The notes below the pieces were generated by a model. It searched no databases and was not told where the DNA came from. It saw only the letters and a list, made by a program, of their open reading frames with translations. Shown here in pieces: positions 60,201-64,000 of a stretch of 64,000 nucleotides of DNA (within the stretch, counting starts at the first letter, position 1; each line of letters opens with the position of its first letter). The position numbers were made by a program, and so were the translations under genes. The stretch comes from Octopus bimaculoides. Its lineage: Eukaryota. The stretch spans positions 733,550 through 797,549 of the forward strand of contig NC_068989.1 in assembly GCF_001194135.2 (NCBI RefSeq), written 5' to 3'.

Positions 60201-61314
60201 TGGTTTTCTTTTGCTTTTGGTTAATTACTAGAAGTAGATGAAGTTCGATGTGGTTCTGATAAGGAATCCACATCTTACAAGCATAAAGAAGTGCTCTGGC
60301 AACTACTGCTTGGTAGAAATTATCAATAGAATTATCAGCAAAATTACCAGCTAGGTATTGAAGAGGGTTCAATTCTCAGACCCCTAATATTTATTATAGT
60401 CTTCCACACCACAACAGAAGAATTGAAGAAGATATTTGTGGCAGCTCCTGTATGTTGAATCTTTTTATCACTCTCCCTCTTTTCCCCTCCCTCTTTTTCT
60501 CTCTCTATTGGTACCTGTCTCTTTTTCACACATTACTTCCTCCTCCATTTATCATTGACAATACACCTCATTCTCTCATTTTCATTACTCCTTTATCTAT
60601 CACCCTGTCTCCTTTCCCCCTCATGGTTTCCTCACCAAAATTCAGCTGATAGGCTTCTATATCAGTCTTTCGATATTCCCCCCTCTATCCCCCCCCCTTC
60701 ACTCAAATTCTTTCAGTTTCATCACTTTCTGGGTGAGGTTGATTTTTAGTTTTGCTGAAGTTAAGACAACCTCTCCAGTGCTGGTGCCATGGTATTAGGA
60801 AAGGCAAATGGTTATTAAAAAGTATGTCAAAATTGAACCTCTAAGTAATTATGTGGTCTCTGGCCCATCTATGGAAGCATTAACTTCAAATAAGAAATTA
60901 GTGGATACTGATGACTTATCCAAACTATGACAGTACAGAAGGTACACACAAAATGATGATGATGATGACAACAATAATGATGACATTGATAATAATGATG
61001 ACACTGTAGCCTATGTAAGATTTCAATCTGCTTTAAATAAATGTGACTCATAGAAAAACTTAAAATCTCACATGTAAAGTCCCACAATAAGCAATGCCTT
61101 TACTTCCACCACCTTCAAACACCAAATTTTCAAAGGGGTATTCATAGTCTTTCAGATCGTTAAGTTGTGCTTTACCAGTATCATGGATTTCAGTGGTAAC
61201 GGCACCCGTTCTTTTCGAAATGCATTTTTCTTCATCACATCTAACTAATTCATACAAATCAGAATCGGAATGAGAATGCTTTAATTTTCTGAAACATTTT
61301 GTAACATTTCCCAT
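45602..61314 (-). CDS. Uncharacterised patatin-like phospholipase (ExoU/VipD-like) with EF-hand module, 12 coding exons, 558 aa
   Basis: Exons 61314-61072, 59135-58988, 57205-57069, 56273-56039, 54424-54294, 53676-53573, 52392-52308, 50999-50931, 49989-49879, 48500-48342, 46646-46551, 45760-45602 splice in phase (1677 nt). Motifs: FEGGGSKG (oxyanion hole), GASAG (nucleophile Ser), YADGG (catalytic Asp), EF loop DKNLDNEIEYEE. Confidence 0.88.
46068..46285. mobile_element. piggyBac-type MITE (TTAA|CCC...GGG|TTAA)
   Basis: TIRs ccctttt-gttac / gtaac-gaaaggg with TTAA at 46064-67 and 46286-89; an inverted sister copy lies at 62012-62222. Confidence 0.85.
46551..46646 (-). CDS. Patatin gene exon 11 (EEDKHRTVGINTGYVDTTDFCL...LIK)
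   Basis: tag/gtaaca boundaries; T.GI.T...TTDF is typical of the patatin C-terminus. Confidence 0.88.
46740..47640 (+). mobile_element. CR1/L2-type LINE ORF2 fragment (endonuclease to RT linker), degenerate
   Basis: YVFIAGDFNYSEID*, QVVTSPTRCNNTLDLLFT. Confidence 0.7.
48342..48500 (-). CDS. Patatin gene exon 10 (IEYEELIQIL...TNTKRAYIV)
   Basis: tag/gtattg boundaries; the donor could alternatively be 3 nt earlier. Confidence 0.82.
49879..49989 (-). CDS. Patatin gene exon 9 (DPELSEED...TLDKNLDNE)
   Basis: cag/gtaaaa boundaries, EF-hand entry. Confidence 0.82.
50931..50999 (-). CDS. Patatin gene exon 8 (VIAKHNPEHGRTINMDMFIAVLH)
   Basis: cag/gtgagt boundaries, phase 0-0. Confidence 0.75.
51546..51611. 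repeat. (TA)n microsatellite; many other (CA)n, (GA)n, (CAT)n, (TAA)n tracts occur throughout
   Basis: Direct reading. Confidence 0.95.
52308..52392 (-). CDS. Patatin gene exon 7 (GRKQNC...RAFDQLVK)
   Basis: cag/gttagt boundaries, phase fit. Confidence 0.75.
53573..53676 (-). CDS. Patatin gene exon 6 (FSDDEPEIMR...PETKLA)
   Basis: tag/gtaagt boundaries; only the upstream of two tandem acceptors keeps frame. Confidence 0.78.
54294..54424 (-). CDS. Patatin gene exon 5 (WWLSMAPKD...KTLGFLL)
   Basis: cag/gtatgt boundaries. Confidence 0.88.
54466..54671. mobile_element. pogo/Tigger-like MITE with TA target duplication
   Basis: TA|CAGTAATCCCTC ... GAGGGGATTACTG|TA. Confidence 0.85.
56039..56273 (-). 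CDS. Patatin gene exon 4 (IYKYYGRELCVVVTN...YADGGLLCNYPIHCFD)
   Basis: aag/gtaagt boundaries, DGG motif. Confidence 0.92.
57069..57205 (-). CDS. Patatin gene exon 3 (HKWGYLSLLPNLIKNFGWNPG...TFWQ)
   Basis: tag/gtgagt boundaries, open frame, phase fit. Confidence 0.88.
58988..59135 (-). CDS. Patatin gene exon 2 (VLEELG...LAGASAGAMVAAL...)
   Basis: cag/gtaagt boundaries, GxSxG motif. Confidence 0.92.
59201..59593. mobile_element. Inverted-repeat (about 55 bp) element enclosing a tRNA-like sequence
   Basis: aacagaaataaatttatttctcaaacgtgtgataatgctataaatagcatgatc versus its near-identical reverse complement ending at 59593. Confidence 0.75.
59293..59366 (-). pseudogene. tRNA-Thr(CGT)-like pseudogene
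   Basis: Hand-folded cloverleaf: acceptor GGCAGTT/GGCTGCC, D-stem GTTT/AAAC, anticodon loop CGCGTAA (G33 instead of U), bulged anticodon stem, T-arm GTGAG-TTCGAGT-CTCAT. Confidence 0.6.
61072..61314 (-). CDS. Patatin gene coding exon 1 (MGNVTKCF...FEGGGSKGIAYCGTLH)
   Basis: tttcag acceptor 4 nt before ATG, gtgaga donor. Confidence 0.88.
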
Positions 61315-62011
61315 TTTACTGAAAGAGAAAATAAAATAGCATTGATTATCCAGTTCAATACACACACACACAATCTTTTATCTTATATATAATCAACATC
61401 AAATCACAATCAAATGGAAATTGTAGTTGTGGTCCCCGTGCTGGTGGCATGAAAAAAGCACCATCCGAATGTGGCTGATGCCAGCACTGCCTTGACTGGC
61501 TCCCGTGCTGGTGGCACGTAAAAAGCACCATCCAATCATGGTTGATGCCAGCCTCCTCTGGCCCCTGTGCCAGTGACACGTAAAAAGCACCCACTACACT
61601 CTTGGAGTGTTTGTCTTTAGGAAGGGCATCCAGCTGTAGAAACATTGCCAGATCAGACTGGAACCTGGTGCAGCCTCCTGGATTTTCAGACCCCAGTCGG
61701 ACTGTCCAACCCATGCCAGCATAGAAAACAGACATTAAACAATGATGGTGGATTATATGTAATATTCCCAAAGTACAGACAGATACTTTGGAGTGAACAC
61801 ATAGAGAAATGTGCTGGGAATCTCCAACCAAATTTCACAGTTTTCCCCATCTACCAGTGCAAAGAAACGATTTCTGTATAAGAACATTTAAATAAAGAAA
61901 ATTTATTTATTGGAAAATACAGAACATGCCTAAATATGAACGCATAACCAACTTTGGTCTCAGTATATAATTTAATTCATAATCACATATCCATCACTGC
62001 ATATTCCATCT

Positions 62012-62222
62012 CCCTTTCGTTACCAAACCGGCTCTGGCTCTGAGTACAAATGTCTTGTTTTCATAAGTTTTGAATTAAAATCTTCCACCAAACCTTAGTC
62101 ACAATTAATGTTCCTAACACTAGCTGAATGATAACTAAGTTATTTTACTAAAATTCTTTGTTATATTCAAAATAATTGAAAGAAACACAAAGCATCTCCA
62201 AATAAATACAATAACAAAAGGG
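62012..62222. mobile_element. Second copy of the piggyBac-type MITE, inverted relative to 46068
   Basis: Reverse complement of 46068-46285 with high similarity; TTAA is present only on the right side. Confidence 0.8.
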
Positions 62223-62873
62223 TTAACTCAATAGTTTTTGTATGTTTATTTATCTTACCCCAAAAAAGAGCAATTACCTCCCCTGTCCCGAGTAATAATT
62301 ATCACCAATTCCCCACTCCTTTACATTTTTCTACTTAATTCATTCACAAACTTTCATATAAGAACATGGACTAAAGTCCTCTTAAGAAAACATGAAATTA
62401 CAATAATTTCAATGTCATGATTAGCAAAGGTTAAACTGATCAACAACCACAATACACTTTCATTTAAAATATGTCAAAAACTATGTTGCATGCATTTTCC
62501 TTCTTTTATTATATATTTTGCATTACAACTCACCACATGGCGATAATCAAAATTCTCTTCCACCCTTTTCTGACTATGTATATCTTATCTTATACAGATA
62601 TAAAAACAAGTTGTCTGTATCAAGTTGCCGTCTACACCTGTTAACGAATTTTCATGAAACTTTGCAAATATGCTAAAGTAGCATCCAGTTTGTTGCTAGG
62701 CTCATTGAAGTTCAATAAAAATCTATAATTGGATGGCTAGGGCTCCTAGAAGGGATCCATATTTATAACCATTACCCGCCAAGGGAAATAACCCATTCAT
62801 TTTCCTATATATAATAAATGAAAAAACATATAATAAATACTTCTCGATTTATTAAACAAGCTTTCTACATTAC

Positions 62874-62910
62874 CTGGACTTTCTTGCCAGAAATTGTCAG
62901 ACAAGGTCAC
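62874..62910 (-). other. Possible 5'-UTR exon of the patatin gene (donor at 62874; upstream boundary unknown)
   Basis: CAG|gtaatg donor; if spliced to 61318 it places an in-frame TGA upstream of the ATG at 61314. Confidence 0.3.
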
Positions 62911-63439
62911 TGATTTTATTTGATATAAATCAAGTTGAGTATGTTTATTTCATAGTATTTGAACTGTTAGACTTATTTTCATAATTTACCCAGTACAACC
63001 CTTAAACAAATAAGCGGTATTTTCTTAAACAACAGATCCACTTATTTCAATTAGAGACTTATTCATGGATATTCCATGAATGACGATGCCTTTCATGTCA
63101 CTTCAGCCAATTGACAAGTGCTGCATGAAGAGCTGTTCTGCTTTTAGACAAATGCATTGTCATCACAAAGGTCACACCCTGTTTACATGTAGGAACACCT
63201 TCTTCATTTATATTGATAGATGTGTTAATGTTTTGTAATGATGTATTCTATGTAACAACCAACCACACATTTATCTATCGATAACATTGCAGTCTGCACT
63301 GTATTCATACAGTTCACACGCTGTTTACGTGTAGGAACATTTTCTTAATTCATATTGATAGCTGTGTTGATATTTTCGTGTTGTAAATGTATTGATAATC
63401 TACATGTTATTTTATTTTTAAATCTATATGCAAATTTAT

Positions 63440-63886
63440 TTATTGTGGTTTGCCAATCCCTGGTTTAAGGGAAGACGCAAGGGATCCAGTACTCACGTTT
63501 GTCACGTGGAGAGAGACGAGAGGGAATAGGAGCAGTTTCTGTGAATCCAAGGTGTTGTTGGATAAGCACACATTAAGAACACGGGCAAAATAAGTCCAAG
63601 CTCCTTTAGGGATCTGATTGATGAGCTTCAACTTGAACAAGCCCTGAAGGGCAGGGGCATATTCCTCAACAGGGATCTGAATTTCAATGCAAGGTTCTGC
63701 CCTACAAAGTATGTTGGAGGTGAAATGGCATTGGTTGCATGACCAGTTTGAAAAAATTTCAGCTTGAACCTTAGTTCTGCCAACGCAGCTCCTGTGGTAA
63801 CTACACAAGTGGCATTTGATGGTCTTGAAATAGCTACGTGTACAGGTGCAGAGAACACAGCTTGGGGGGGGGGGAACGGGTAGCAT
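63440..63886 (-). mobile_element. Probable non-LTR retrotransposon ORF fragment (Cys/His region then IPKGA..FARVL...LLLFP)
   Basis: Motif resemblance to N-termini of early-branching (CRE-like) LINE proteins; not confirmed. Confidence 0.4.
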
Positions 63887-64000
63887 CTGAAGTAGAATTC
63901 AGAGGGGATGGCAGTGGGAGAAGATTGGCGCTGGACTCGGGTGGGGTGCAGGAGGGGATGGCAGCAGGCTGGTTGTTACAGGAAGGGTGGAGTGAATGAG

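Overview
AT-rich, repeat-dense eukaryotic genomic DNA with scaffold N-gaps. The SINE, RTE and microsatellite repertoire looks like an octopod cephalopod (inference, not verified). Three protein-coding genes were reconstructed by hand from GT/AG boundaries and reading-phase continuity. (1) The 3' part of ATP-citrate lyase (ACLY) on +, 24 exons from 132 to the stop at 31687, about 915 aa visible. Its 9.2-kb linker intron carries two in-frame microexon candidates (9 nt, 27 nt) and a recursive-splice-like AG|GT site, and one other intron is GC-AG. (2) An intronless ANKMY2 at 40586-41818 (+). (3) A 12-exon, 558-aa uncharacterised patatin phospholipase of the ExoU/VipD-like type on the minus strand (61314 to 45602), with an N-terminal MG...C acylation motif and an EF-hand module. 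Between ACLY and ANKMY2 lies a transposon graveyard: two divergently oriented Merlin/IS1016-type transposase relics bracketed by about 75-bp inverted ends, a Helitron remnant and a DD37D mariner. Other notable structures are a 68-bp-stem hairpin with a telomeric-hexamer loop and a tRNA-Thr-like cloverleaf enclosed by inverted repeats. There is no prokaryotic system, CRISPR array or rRNA. All family assignments come from motifs recognised by eye; no database search was run.
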